Below are positions 13,913 to 27,545 of a DNA stretch of 64,000 nucleotides, one piece after another; position 1 is the first letter of the stretch, and the number at the start of each line of letters is the position of its first letter. Both the position numbers and the translations under genes were made by a program. A model generated the notes under the pieces. That model was not told the origin of the DNA. It ran no database searches and saw only the letters and a list, made by a program, of their open reading frames with translations. Where the stretch lies: positions 174,716,001-174,780,000 of the forward strand of contig OX597815.1 in assembly GCA_951406725.2 (NCBI GenBank). The letters run 5' to 3'. The stretch is from Octopus vulgaris (Eukaryota).

Positions 13913-15879
13913 TCTTTATATAGAGCTCTTACCTCTGCTGGTGACAAAAGGCCTCTCGCACAGAGTGAAAGGCAGACTGTATGATGCGTGTGTACGAACA
14001 GCCATGCTACATGGCAGTGAAACATGGGCCGTGACTGCTGAGGATATGCGTAAGCTTGCTAGAAATGAAGCCAGTATGCTCCGATGGATGTGTAATGCCG
14101 GTACTCACACTCGGCAGAGTGTAAGTACCTTGAGAGAAAAGCTGGACCTAAGAAGCATCAGTTGTGGTGTGCAAGAGAGACGTTTGCGCTGGTATGGTCA
14201 TGTGGCGAGAATGGATGAAGATAGTTGTGTGAAAAAGTGCCACACCCTAGCGGTTGAGGGAACCTGTGGAAGAGGCAGACCCAGGAAAACCTGGGACGAG
14301 GTGGTGAAGCACGACCTTCGAACTTTAGGTCTCACTGAGGAAATGACTAGAGACCGAGACCTCTGGAAGTGTGCTGTGCGCGAGAAGACCCGGCAGGACA
14401 AGTGAGTCCATAACCCGTGGCCTTCTACATGGGATGGAGCCGGCCTACGTATGCATACCTTCCCTTCTTGGGACACAAAACTCTACTTGTGAAGACGTGT
14501 TGAGGCAAGTGAGGATCGAAATCGATCAATGGAAATTGCGGATGTGCTACCAGTGCCGGTGGCATGTCAAAACTGCTTGTGAAGACCCGTTGAGGCAAGT
14601 GAGGATCAGAATCGAAATCGATCAATGGAAATTGCAGATGTGTTACCAGTGCCGGTGGCATGTAAGAGAACTTTCCGTTTCGCGACCGTTGCCAGCACCG
14701 CCCCGTTTCGTGTCCGTTGCCAGCCTCGCCTGGCCCTCGTGCCGGTGGCACATAAAAAGCACCATCCGTTCGTGGCCGTTTGCCAGCTCTGTCTGGCACC
14801 AGTGCGGGTGGCACGTAAAAAGCACCCACTACACTCACGGAGTGGTTGGCGTTAGGAAGGGCATCCAGCCGTAGAAACACTGCCAGATTTGACTGGGCCT
14901 GATGAAGCCTTCTGGCTTCACAGACCCCAGTAGAACCGTCCAACCCATGCTAGCATGGAAAACGGACGCTAAACGATGATGATGATGATGATATAAAACT
15001 GAGAATGTGTGTCTGTTTCCCTAAAACTTGAGAACTACACAACCAATTTCATTCAAATTTTACACATGTAGTTTCATGGGCAAAAAAAAAAGTTCAACTT
15101 CTTGCCTAGAGCGAGCCCATAGCAATATCATATCTTCTCCACTTTCAGTATTACGTGTTAAAAGGGAAACAAAAATATTTCTCTATTTTATATCAGATGC
15201 TTTCACTTTAACAATAAAAATAATAATAACAATTGAATTATATGTAGTAAGTAATAATTAAAATCAAACTAAAGTATAATATAATTGTAACATAACAAAA
15301 GTAAAAATAGCAATTGGTATAAAATTGCATCAATGATTTGAACTTGAATAAGTGGTTTCACATGAATGGGAATAAATTAAAAATAAAATTAGCGTGCAGA
15401 AACGGAATAGTCCAGATGGATAATAAAAAAATTAAATTAAAGAAAAGACTATTGTCTATAAGGTATACAATGTAGAGAAAAAAGATTTGCCACAATAGAA
15501 GCAAGGTTCGAGTCAACAGAGTGTGCAAGGGAGTACTCGACTCAAACTTGCAAGGTGGAAATATTTTATTTTTACCTTTATATCTGGGATGTAGGACGTT
15601 CCACAAAAAAATTTTAAATGCCCAAAGAAGTAGAGGTAGGCTGGATTGTAGCCACACTTCTATACAAGAGGGAGGACAAGATACAATTGATCGAAATTAC
15701 AAGAGACGGGCTAACAATTCCAGTCTGTTATATATTTTGAGTATTGTTATCACTAGCGATATCAAGATATAACTTTGTATTTTGTGTGTAGATGTATATA
15801 TATAGATGTACATGTTATATGTACACATATATACATGCACTAGCACTATGACCCGGCAACGATGGGTCTTTAATGCTAG
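13913..15879 (+). mobile_element. Non-autonomous Helitron interrupted by the RTE copy
   Basis: 5' a|TCtttatat at 13913 resumes after the RTE as ataaaactgagaatgtgtgtctg at 14993; 3' hairpin gaccc...gggtc (15850-15868) then CTAG|t at 15876-15880. Confidence 0.65.
13922..14992 (+). mobile_element. 5'-truncated RTE LINE (ORF C-terminus, 3' UTR with internal repeats, (GAT)n tail)
   Basis: ELLPLLVTKGL...MLHGSETW...RRLRWYGHVARM...RGRPRKTW, stop at 14403-14405, tail gatgatgatg; highly similar to 55544-55878. Confidence 0.92.
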
Positions 15880-17213
15880 TATATATATATATATATATAT
15901 ATACACACAACAGGCTTCTTTCAGTTTCTATCTATAAAATTCACTCACAAGGTTATAGTAGAAGATATTTACCCAAGGTGCCTTGCAGTGGGACAATGTG
16001 GAACCATGTGGTTGGGAAGCAAGCTTCTTACCACATAACCATGCCCATATATTTTATTCTAACTTTGGTACAAGGCCAGCAATTTTGAGGAGGAAAAGTT
16101 AGATAACATAAACCCAATACTCAACTGGGATTTATTTTATGAACGCCAAAAGAGGATAGTTGACCTTAGCAGAGTTAGAGCTGTGAATATACAGAGCCAA
16201 AAGACATTACACTAAGCATTTTGTCTGGCACTCTAACAATTCTGCTAGCTCACACCTTTATTATATAATATTACTGTGAAAATTTGGTAGTTATCTTGAG
16301 TGTGTAGATAGCTCTTGTGAGCTGTCTGCAGTATTTTACAGAGTACCCACACTAAAATCCTCTTCAGCTGTAACTGGAGATCCCAACTATTTCAGCACCT
16401 TCTGACTACTGCACCCTCCAGCAATGATGAATAGCAGTTGCAATTAGGAATGTCTAGAGTCTTTTGGCCCATATTATAGCCTGGTGTTCATGCCATCCAT
16501 GCAGCCACCACAACCAAACTGAGCATAGCAGTAACCATGCAGCAACCCATGTTTTGACTTGTTGCATCTTGTCAGCCAGAAGAACCTGGACCTTGGAGCT
16601 TAATACTTTCAACAAACAAATTTTTTCACTATTCACTGAAGTTTTATTCTTTCATCTGTTTCTCACATGGATTGTGTTGAGATTATTACACTGAGTTACT
16701 TCCAGTGTTTTTTTTTTCCATAAGTAGCCTTTCTTCATCCTGTGCCCGTTTGCTCATTTCTTCTTTAGGTTTGTCATAGCCTCATCAAGTATAGCTCACC
16801 AAATTCTACAAATAATTAAGGTAAATAAGTATATTTTTCTTGATGATTCTCTCAAGTTGCTCTATAGAACTATACAGAGATCATTACCTAGAAATGCTCA
16901 AACCTATATCTCACTGGCTCTGGGCCTTTTTTTACCTTCTAAATAGAATGAAATTCTGTCTGTTCAGGACCCCTGTATCTCAGTCTATATTTGCTCAACA
17001 TAGATATATACTTTTTTGGAATCAGGATGATCCTGGGATTGAAAACCTGACCTTCTTTTGGTTCTTCAACATTTGGCATTGAGATCTGATGTAAGAGCAT
17101 TTGGGCTATTTCTAGCAGGCAAGGCGACTGTGAGAGGTTTCAAATGGTTTATAAGATTTACCTCGCTTAGCTATAATAATAAACGCAAGTGTTAGAAAAC
17201 TGACCAAAGCTTT

Positions 17214-17614
17214 TTGAATTTAATACCAAACTTTGTGACAGTTACCTACAATAATACAATTGACAAGAGTCAAGGACAATCACTCGAAATTGTTGGACTT
17301 CACTTCATGCAGCAGTACTTTTTCCATGTTCAGCTCTATGTTGGTTGTTCTAGAGTTGGAAATGGCAACAATCTCTTCCTACTAACACCAAATGGTAAAA
17401 CCAAGAATGTTGTTCCTGTTGCTTTACAGTGATCTTCAAATGTCACAGTGGTATAAAATTCTCCAAAATGTGATGTTCTGTGATATAAATCTGAGATGGT
17501 AGGATACCAATAAAAGTTTTATTACTATTGCTCTCTTCAGTTTGGGGCTGAAGGTCCAATTAGCCCTCCACAGGCTAGCTTAAAAGTCCGCACAGAGTGC
17601 AGCTCTTAAGCTAG
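17214..17614 (+). mobile_element. Helitron remnant encoding the PIF1-type helicase C-terminus
   Basis: TIDKSQGQSLEIVGL...QLYVGCSRVG...TKNVV matches Helitron RepHel motifs V/VI; ends in gctag|t near 17614. Confidence 0.8.
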
Positions 17615-17617
17615 TTT

Positions 17618-17875
17618 GTTGTTTGTTCCTTCTCGAGCCACACCTGGCTCATAGGGCCAGTTTCCTTGGTGTATAGGTTCCCCATCTGGACAGGACGCCG
17701 GTCCGTCGCAGGAGGACACAGTGAAAGTTGTGGCAAAAGTGTCAGCAGAAGTTCACCATTACCTTCTGCCGGAGGTGTTTCGCTCATAAACACACACATC
17801 ACCCAGTCTGAGATTCAAACCCACAATCCCTCAACTGCGAGTCCGCTGCTCTAACCACTAGGCCATGTGCCTCCA
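17618..17875 (-). mobile_element. tRNA-derived SINE with 10-bp TSD
   Basis: Head tggcctagtggttagagc...ggtttgaatc; aagctagttt duplicated at 17608-17617 and 17876-17885. Confidence 0.85.
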
Positions 17876-18401
17876 AAGCTAGTTTATAATAAAGCCCAAT
17901 TGGATAAACAGGTAATAGATTCCTGGCTACAATAGGGTTCTTCCTAACTGCAACTCCTATGAATTTCTTTACCACTATCAATTTGTGCAGCACTCTCGCA
18001 TATTTTTGACATGGGTCATCATCCTTTTGAGTTCCTACAAATCAAAGCCATAAATATGTTGAAAGACAAAATAGCTATGATGGTGATAATATATATTTTA
18101 ATGCACCATTTATTTTTTTAACATTTTTTTTAAATTCAAAAAATGAGTAGCAAATCAAACGTGTTTTAGACTATACTAGACACTGTAATTCAAACTAATC
18201 GATACAATAATGGGAATAATTGGTGATGTAATATGTTTGCAGGGAATATATGAAGATTTCGCTAATAGGATCACAAATGAAAAAGGTCCCTTTTTTTCTA
18301 CTTCAGCATTCGATATACAAGGGAGATTACTTCTTAGTTTTCTTTTCAATTTCTAAAAACCCATAAGATGTTGGCTAAAGATTTTTACAATGTGATCAAG
18401 G

Positions 18402-18494
18402 ATATATATATATATACATCTATCTGTCTATATATCTATCTATATATATCCTTCTATGTTTATATATATATATATATATATATGTACAGCTATG

Positions 18495-18556
<62 letters not shown>

Positions 18557-18620
18557 TATGTATGTATACATATATATATATATATACATTCATGTATGTA
18601 TGTGTATATATGTGTGTGTC
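18402..18620. repeat. Compound (TA)n/(TG)n microsatellite
   Basis: Seen directly; source of the IY-repeat ORFs. Confidence 0.9.
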
Positions 18621-19451
18621 ACTGAGGCCACTCACATATAAATATATAACCTCTCTCTCTTTTTCTCTATCAATCACTACGAAAAGTGAAAAACAATTTC
18701 AGTTATCTCCCTCATACACACACACCAGCACCATTACTCTGTCTCCACACACACCACTTTGTCTCGCACACCCGATCAATTCTTCCACTTTACGCTGACT
18801 TCAAAAGATAACTTCCCTGATCCAATCGTGCTCTCTCTTTCGCTTTTACGCCGACTTCAAAAGATCCCCTCCCTCCACATATGTAAAAAATGTTTTTTCA
18901 TTTTACGGAAAGCGACGACCTTGTTCAGAAACATAAACAAATGCACGTGGTTTAAGAAGTGATATAAACTGCTCAAAACGAAGGATCGCCGAAACAGGAT
19001 ATTGAATGGAATAATTCCCCGTTTGAACTTTTAAAATTACATGTGTGAGTGCTAGAAATCTACGGATGCACAAACCGGAGAAAATGAAACAAATATGGGA
19101 AAACTGGTTCCGAAACACCCTCGAGTGGGGAACGGTTCTCAAAAATTAACCCCCAGTTGTTTTCCTCCAAAATACCTACGTTCTTGGAATCTACATAGTC
19201 CGAGGTATATTTGTAGAGAATTTCATTAAAAAAAATATCCATTTTCTTGAAAGTTAAGACGAATAGAAGTGAACGCCGGTGAATTTTCCGAAATTCCCCA
19301 CCCCTCCTAAAACACTTTCCCCGACAGGTTTTGAATATTCGAAATCTACATGATATAACTTAGATATATTTCGACCAAAGATTGGTCTAGGCCATGTCTA
19401 ACTTAATAGCACCACCTGATAGGATTATTCGAATCCCGTTTAAATCAAGTT

Positions 19452-19720
19452 TTATTCAAGTAGTGAGTTGTATCCAATTATGGGTGCCTTATCTGGTATT
19501 CTTTGAAGGAATCTATCCAGACTCCGTTTAAAGTTGATGGGATCCTGTTCCTCTTTGATCTCCCTCGGGACAATGTTAAATAGGGCAGGGCCTGTTGAGG
19601 AAAAGAAATTATGTTGCAGTGTACATGTATGTTGTGATCTTGAATTGGGCAGAGGACGTATGGCACGTGGTCCCAGTCTTGGATGAACCTTGAAGCTAAT
19701 GTTAAGGTCGTTTGGGTTTG
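19452..19720 (-). mobile_element. CR1/L2-like LINE 3' fragment
   Basis: HNFFSSTGPALFNIVPREIK...FKRSLDRFLQRIPD resembles the CR1-group ORF2 C-terminus. Confidence 0.7.
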
Positions 19721-21451
19721 TAGACAATTTCATTAAAAAATATCTATTTTTCTGAAAGTTATCATCAACCAAAGTCGGGGGACAGAAACCTGTAGTTATG
19801 CCTTCCTCATGACTACTTTTGAGTAACATATTTCAAATTCAAAATTTTTATTTTCATTCATTCAATTGGTTGTTCGTTTTATTTGATAGACAGACAGATA
19901 AACACACCTTCATACGCGGAGGTTTTTGTTTTTTTTATCGCGGGTGCCACTGATTTATGCGTGCGTCCGTCTACTGACTGGCGTGAGTGTGCGTGTCGGG
20001 TCTACTCTTAAATAGTAACACTCATAAATACATTCCCAACTATACATTTCCGAGAAATGCAGAAAGCAACACATGAACGTGCGAGCAATTTAAAATAAAA
20101 GTTCTATTAGACACAGAGGGCTTTAAAAAAATAGATTTGAAAGCGTTTAAAACTAAAAAGCCTGAGTTAGCCAATGATTTCAAATCAATCCTCTAGAAAG
20201 TATAGCGAGACATCTGAATAATTTTGAATTTCAGTTTAAAGGTTTACGCGACTCCATAAAGAAAACTTTTTTTTAAAAAAAAACGCAACGTTATATATTT
20301 ATGCCATGCTAAATTAATCCCCCAAAATATCGTTTCAGTTATACCTTTCATTTTTCTACAAAAATTATGGAATGCATCTAAACATTCGAAAATATTCAGA
20401 ATAAACTACAAATTACATGAAAATTACTTAAGAGGAAACTACTTCAAAAGTTACTAGAAAGTCTTCCTCAGCGTTGGTGAAGTCATAACATCGTTTGATT
20501 GAACATCAGTAAGTTGATAGATTAACATCATAAGAAGACTTTACAAGTAACATTATCTTTTTATCTTGTGAAAAAACTGACAGCACACCCTTAATTCATT
20601 AAAAAAAAACTATCCCGCTCCAATAACCAACATGCCCGCCTTTAGGAATATACACGATACTACACAATAAAGACGATATATATATACATCCGTGTAGCTG
20701 AAACTAGGTCTGTACATTTCTAGAAGTGGATGGAAATTTGTGGAAACATCTGAATGAAGAGAGAAAAGTAATCAACTAATTGATAATATTAAATAACAGA
20801 AAAATTTTTCTTAAGAAATTAAAATGGAAGATAGCCGCACGTGTTTTTAGAAATTTCTAGGATGAATGATATTTTAAAATAGCACTATGCAAGGTAGTTC
20901 AGATAGAGCTAATTTGAATTTATCAGGAATCAAATCAGACATTATCATCATTACAAAGATATTATCCATTACCTGGACCGGTACATGTGGAAATTTATCT
21001 GCATGTGCTGTTCCCAAAAAACTGCTATTACATCCTAAGTCATTAATTACAATAACAAATTAAGTATATATCCGAAATTATTTTTCAACTAAATGTCTCA
21101 CAGAAGGAAATTAATGATACGTATTTATGCTGTGAAATAACCTGTTCCTTTTACGTGTAGCGGGAAATTCACATATAATGACAGTCATCAACTTTTAACT
21201 AGCGAGCCTACACAAAACATTTTAAACTGTAAACTACGCACGGTTACACTCATAAAAGGAAGCGGAAAGGAAAGTCAAATGAATTTATAGACAAGAATGA
21301 TTGTAGCGCCCTCTTTTGATCAGACTTTAAAACCATAAGGGAGATAATAAAGTAAAATCTAATTGATTCTCTCACTGTTGTAAGGGTACAATTTCTGTGG
21401 AAAAGAAAATACTTTTCTTCTACTTGTTTCAGTAGACTGTGGCTACGTCGG

Positions 21452-23942
21452 AAACGATTCCACAGTTAAGTCTGTGACGAACAAGAAGGGTGATGTGGTA
21501 AACAAACCAGAGGAGATGTGTCGGACCTTTCAGGAGCACTTCGCCCACCTTTTCGGGTGCGAGGGTGGTCCGGATGAGGGGGTGGACCTCACGGGCCTCC
21601 TCACCGGGTTGCCGCGCCTCTCGGGGAGGGGGGTCGGAGAGCTGTGAAGGGTCAATCACACCTGAGGAGGTTACGGAGGCCATAGCTAACTGTGGCAGAG
21701 GTAAGGCACCGGGACTCCATGGTTTACCCTACGAATTATACAGAAGTATGCCAGACTTGTTCGGGCCGATATTAGTCAGCGTCTTCGCGAACTGGAATCA
21801 GAATGGGAAGATCCCCAGATCTGTACGCCGGGGAGTGGTGACGCTGATCAGGAAAGACCCGGGCAAGGGGGACAGAATAGATAATTTCAGGCCCATCACC
21901 CTGCTAAACGCAGAGGTGAAGATTTTGGCCAAGGTATTGACGAAAAGGTTGACGCGTGTCGTGAAAGATCTGATCGGGGAGGCACAAACCTGTGCAGTCC
22001 CCAAAAGAACTATTCAGGACAATCTTCACCTCATACGTTACACCATAGAGGGATTTGAGAATAACACTGGCAAGGGTGGGGCATTGGTCCACCAGAGTAG
22101 AGCATTCGATAAGGTGAATCATCGTTACCTGGTGTGTGTGCTCGTACAGTTCGGACTGGGGACTGGCTTCCTCGGGTGGATTACACAGTTGTACGACAAC
22201 ATCGACTCGATTGTTCGGGTAAACGGTCTACTCTCTAAGCCATTCCGCATCAAACAGTCAGTTCGTCAAGGGTGTCAGCTCTCCCCGCTTTTATATGTGA
22301 TGGCTCTCGAACCATTACTGCGAAAGCTGAGCGTCATCCCGACGAATCCAGGAGGCGGAGGTTCTGTTACTGCGTATGCGGACGACATCACCATCATCGT
22401 GACCAAGATGGAACTCCCACAGAAGGTAGGAGACATCATCAAGGCATACGAAACGGTGACAGGAGCAAAAATCAACCGGGAAAAGTCAGTCGGCCTGCAA
22501 CTCGGCACCTGGGTTGGCAGGACGATGCCTCCGAACAGCATCGTGGGTTGCTGGACGGAGGGCCCGGTTAAATTGCTAGGGGTCTGGTTTGGTCCAGATA
22601 GAAAAGAACTGGTCGGAGGTCACGAGCAAGGTGGCTCATGCGGTCAGGATTTGGTCTTGGCGGTGGCTATCCTTGAAAGGGAGGGCGGAGGTGGCCAATG
22701 TGTTCATGGCATCGGTCATCATATTCCGCTTAACCGTCGTCTCCTGTCCAGACTCATGGGTAAGCAAGTTGGAGAGGCAAATCTTTCGCTTCCTGTGGAA
22801 GGGTTCCACTCCTCTTGTGAGACGATCTATCTGCTGTTAAAGGGTAGGTTAGGGATGCCTTGGCTGTTGATGCGCAGACATGCGCTGAGGCTGAGGCATC
22901 TTTGGCTCTACCTGGAGGGTGAACGGGTGTGGTCCCCGCTCGCAAAACAGACTTTCCCCAGCTTCACCAGTTTTGGTGGTAGAGAAAGCTGGTTTCGTCG
23001 CAGACTAAAATCGAGTATGTGGTATTCGGAGTGCCGGAAGGCCCTCATACGCTTCCGCAGCTCGGGCAATGCCGGTGGCTTTGGTACAACCGCAGCGTTC
23101 TATAGCAGGTTGGTAGAGGCCGGAAATGACGATGCCCTGGGAAGAATCCTGGGCCTCGACAGTAATCAGTTGGACAGCCTGTTCCAAAGGACATTCAGAC
23201 CAGGGACGCTGGATAACTTTCAGAAATCCCTGGCCTGGCAGTGTTACAGAGGAACCTTACCCGTTCGAGATAAACTTACAAGGCATGGCCACGGTGGACC
23301 TGCGGCCTGCCCAAGATGCGGGCAGGATACGGAAACAGTCCTGCACGCCATTGTTCAATGTCCGGAAATTTCGGAAGTGTGGGTTTATGCCGAACACCTG
23401 TTGTCAGACGAGGGAAGAGTACAGCTGTCATCTGAGTCAATCCTTAAAATTGACCCGCCTAGCTTCATGACGAACGAAGGCAAGCATGGCTTTCTCGTGA
23501 TAGTAGCAGTTGCGAAAGAGGTTATATGGAAGACCAGAATGAAAGGTATACTGTCAGACACCATGACCTCTGGCACCGCCCTAACGAACTTCTTTAGATT
23601 CCATCTGAAGAGGAAGGTGGAGCTAGAGAAAGGGTGTCTGACAGAGTCTATATTCAAAAAAAGATGGATGCGTGTCGCTCGGATGCTGGGTGTGAAAGGC
23701 CCTGCATGAACACGCCACGATCACCTACCAAAAGGTTGCAGCTACAATAACAGGGCCCGTGGGGTCGGCTATCCTGTTCTTTTATCTTCATTGTTTTCTT
23801 TGTTTATTTGTCCTTATTTAATTTTCATTGTAATTTCATTCCTTTGTAAATAACTCATCCGATTTCATTGTAAAAAGTTCCATGTTGACCCCAAACATTG
23901 TATTGTCCCATCTGTGTTAATCCGTATGGATAATAAAGAAAT
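21452..23942 (+). mobile_element. 5'-truncated Tx1/L1-clade LINE with 14-bp TSD
   Basis: RT motifs KAPGLHGLP, FRPITLLN, RQGCQLSPLLY, AYADD and C-terminal CPRC...HAIVQC zinc knuckle; 3' UTR ends aataaagaaat; tgtggctacgtcgg duplicated at 21438-21451 and 23943-23956. Confidence 0.92.
21565..23709 (+). pseudogene. Disabled LINE ORF2 (reverse transcriptase and zf-RVT)
   Basis: The homologous frame shifts into ORF 22589-22840 (IEKNW...LSLKGR...FLWKG) and back; motif A reads LVHQSRAFD, lacking the LD catalytic residue. Confidence 0.8.
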
Positions 23943-24113
23943 TGTGGCTACGTCGGGACACCACCCGGAAGGGTTTTTACCCAACTAATGATTTTTAAAG
24001 CCTGATACTTATTCCATCAGGCACTTTTACCGCTAGTTTACGGGGATGTAAACAAACCAGCACCGGTTGTCAAGCTGTGCTGGGTGATAGACACAAGCAC
24101 AAAGACACATACA

Positions 24114-24117
24114 GATA

Positions 24118-24187
<70 letters not shown>
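24114..24187. repeat. (TA)n microsatellite
   Basis: Seen directly; another (TA)n(TATG)n run at 24587-24670. Confidence 0.9.
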
Positions 24188-24190
<3 letters not shown>

Positions 24191-24583
24191 TTTACTGTTT
24201 ATATGTTTGTACTGTCGTTACCGTCTTGTTTTTTTTTTGTTTTTTTTTACCATTTTTTACCCCTCTGCGAAAAGATCTCAGAATTTTAATTGATTTGCTT
24301 TTCGCAGGAAGGAAGTTTCTTCGAAGATACGTCTCGCTTTTATCCTTCGAAACGTAGAGTAGATGAAACCTTAGCGACTGAAGAAGGGGATTTTTCGTTG
24401 TGCTTATTGTCCTGTATCTCTTTTTTTTTGCTTGTCCTGTTCCTTGGTTTGTGTCTATGTTTTTCGTCTCTCTATGTGTTCGACGTCTTTTTGGTGTCCT
24501 GTACACATATATGCGTGTATATGTACATGTAGAGGTAGGTACGTACATATATGTTTATATATATGCATATGTTCTATTTTATT

Positions 24584-24635
<52 letters not shown>

Positions 24636-24987
24636 GTATGTATGTATGTATGTATGTATGTATGTATGTATAATTTGTTAATTTTCTTGAATGGTTCAGT
24701 GACTAGAACGTCGGGCTCACAATCATGAGGTGGTGAGTTCGATTCCCGGACCAGACTGTGAGTTGTGACCTTGAGCGAGACACTTTATTTCAGGTTGCTC
24801 CAGTTTACTTAGCTATAAAAATGAGTTGCGACATCACTTGTGCCAAGCTGTAATCTGCCTGTGCCTTCTTCTTAGATAAAAGGAACATTCCTCTTCTTCA
24901 GCTGCTCCTGTTTCGATATATATATTCTTTTATTTGTTTCAGTCATTTGACTGCGGCCATGCTGGAGCACCGCCTTTAGTCGAACCA

Positions 24988-25021
<34 letters not shown>

Positions 25022-26489
25022 ATCTATGAATATATACATACATACACACACACACACACACGATGAGCTCTGAATTTCACTCACAAGATTTTTGTCAGCC
25101 GGAGCTATAGAAGATGACACTCGCCCAAATTGCCGCGAACCATTACATGGTACTACAATTTATTAGTTCCGGTCTGGTATCGGCAAAGTAGAATTTGAAC
25201 TCAGAATTTAAAACGATAGTACTAAATACTACAAGATATTTTGTCGTACTTTCAAGATGTTAAAAAATAATAGAATCGTTAGGTAGCTAACACTGAGAAA
25301 AGAAATATTAGACAGGTTCCCCCCCCCCCCGTGCAAGATCTGAATATCTAGTCGTATTCCGAAACTAGTTTTTATACTTTACGGTTTCTGTAAGTGCAGT
25401 AACCAGAGTCTCCGAAACGCGGAGGATACCTATAATTATAATGAAAAATAAATAAATATCCTTCCAGAGTTATATAGACTCATAGGGCTGGTGTCCAGGT
25501 TTCTGAGGAGTATATATTCCTCACCGGGACAGGACACTGGTCTGTCACATGATTACACATTTTTATCAGCTGGGTGGACTGGAGCAACGTGAAATGCAGT
25601 TTTTTGCTCAAGAACACATGTCGCCCGGTCCAGGAACCGAAACCACAATCTTACACTCACGAATCCAACACCCTAAGCGCCATTACTGTCAGTAATTATA
25701 ATTTACAAAAAACTACAAATGCTCAGTCTCTACCACGGCAACCACATAAGAGAGCTAATTTCAGATTTAAACAATTGCCCCTATTAATAACTCCACAGCT
25801 CATTTATATAGATCAAAACTGATACTGTACAGGTGTTGCGAGGATAATTGGTCACCATGTTGTGGGTTGTGATGTTGGGTTATGTATGGTGTTAATGACA
25901 TTTCTTATCAAAAAGAGGACTCCTCCCCTACCGACGTTTTTCAAACAGGTAACAGCCTACTAACCAAAGTTTGGGCGGGAATTTACTGGAAGTGTATTTT
26001 GCCTCACAGTTTGGTGCATATACTTATAACAGCCACAGCGGTCCTTCCTTTGGCCGAAGCTTCAGAAGGCAAACTCTCCCACCTAACAGGATCCACACTA
26101 TTGCACATTTCGACAGCCAGGGATTTGTGAGTATCCCTACTCTCGCCTGCGCAGATATAGTTGGCACTACACCGGAATAGTGGAGTTTCCCCCCTTCATC
26201 CAAATCAACAGTACCGGAGTCACGAAATCTTATACAAGTCTAGCCAGTAGCGTTGATATTTTCCATTAGTTCTTGTTGTAACATTCTAATTCTTAATCAC
26301 TAACGGTTGTTCCCTTCTGGACACGCTTCACGCCCCATGACACGCATCCATTGTGCTCCCACTCCATGCTTCCTAGAACATGTACCGACTTTGGATGGAG
26401 ACTGAAATATATTTTTCGAACGGACCCCTCTATCTAAGATCTCAACGTGTCCCTTGTTTACACACTCAATAGATAATGTGTTATGGTCA

Positions 26490-27545
26490 TTTTATCGACC
26501 CCCTTTCATATTGAAGCCTTTGGTGGTCTTATTTGCTGACATTTGTACTAGGCCCGCTTTGCAAAAGGGCATTTGACCGCGTTTTGCGGACATGCTGGGA
26601 AGGGTTTTGAAGGCGTTCGAGATTAATGAGCAACTTCTGGTTGCCATGAAGTCTACATATGAATATCCAGATGTTAATGTTCGGGTAAATGGTACAAAGT
26701 CGAAACGTTTCAACATGGGTGTAGGACGTCGGTGGAGTAGTGTATTGTTACTCTCCTTTTCATAATTTTTATGGACTGAATTGACATGCGCCGACGTTGA
26801 GGAAGTTGGCTGATATTTGCAGACGACATGGAGCTCATCAAAAGACAATCTCCAGCATGAACTGAATGGATTCGCTGCTGAGTGTTGCAAATAGGGATGA
26901 GAATTAGTGTTGTGAAGACAGACATTGGTCCTCTCAAGAAAATCTCTTCATTGTACTCTATATGTTAGTGGAATAACGCTAAAGCAAGTGGAAAAGTTTA
27001 ACTATTTTAGGATTGTATATACGAGTGATAGGAGGTAAGAGACTGAACTGGCACAGTAATTCGCCAGCTTCGGCATTCGATCTCCAAAAGAGAAGTTGAT
27101 AAAGAAGCCGGAGTTGCTATTTTCAATTCAGTTTCCGTACCTGTTTTCACCAATGGTCATGAATGTTGGGTGATGACCTAAGGAGTACGATCGTGAATAC
27201 AAGCAGCCGGAATGGGGGTTCTACAAAGGGTATGGAGTGACGTTATTCGAAAACGTGTCTCTCCAGATCGAACTGCATTGAGAAAGCACAACTCCAGTAA
27301 TACAGATATGTGATAAGAATGTCGCAGATAATGATCGCAAGATGAATTCTTCACAACGAGCCAATCAGCAGGTGAACTTGGGGTAGACGAAGTATGCGAG
27401 GGTTAGTTAATATCAATAGTCGTTATTGGTTACACTTGGGAATCCAGCAGGAAAGTGTCATATTTCTGATAGCACCATATGGAGGAGGCACCTGAGGACT
27501 CTACTCACACAACCCTCCCAGAAAAAACGGACAGAAAATGGATGG
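26490..27545 (+). mobile_element. Degraded RTE-like LINE fragment
   Basis: tttgcagacgac (FADD) near 26817, KQVEKFNYF-like and GHECW-like remnants, ggatggat tail; many stops. Confidence 0.6.

Noticed and set aside
14490-14830. Spaced direct repeats resembling a CRISPR array (also 61710-62000)
   Set aside because: Eukaryotic locus with no cas genes; these are internal repeats of the RTE 3' UTR with related, not unique, spacers.
17810-17875. tRNA-like sequences (also near 231, 2080 and 24690)
   Set aside because: They are SINE heads with attached bodies and tails; no complete cloverleaf.
21565-23709. 714-aa ORF as an intact, active or domesticated reverse transcriptase
   Set aside because: 5'-truncated, lacks the motif A Asp, and about 80 codons are out of the homologous frame.
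24320-24395. ctgaaga and cgaaacgta hammerhead-like half-motifs
   Set aside because: Stem I does not pair and the stem II register is poor.
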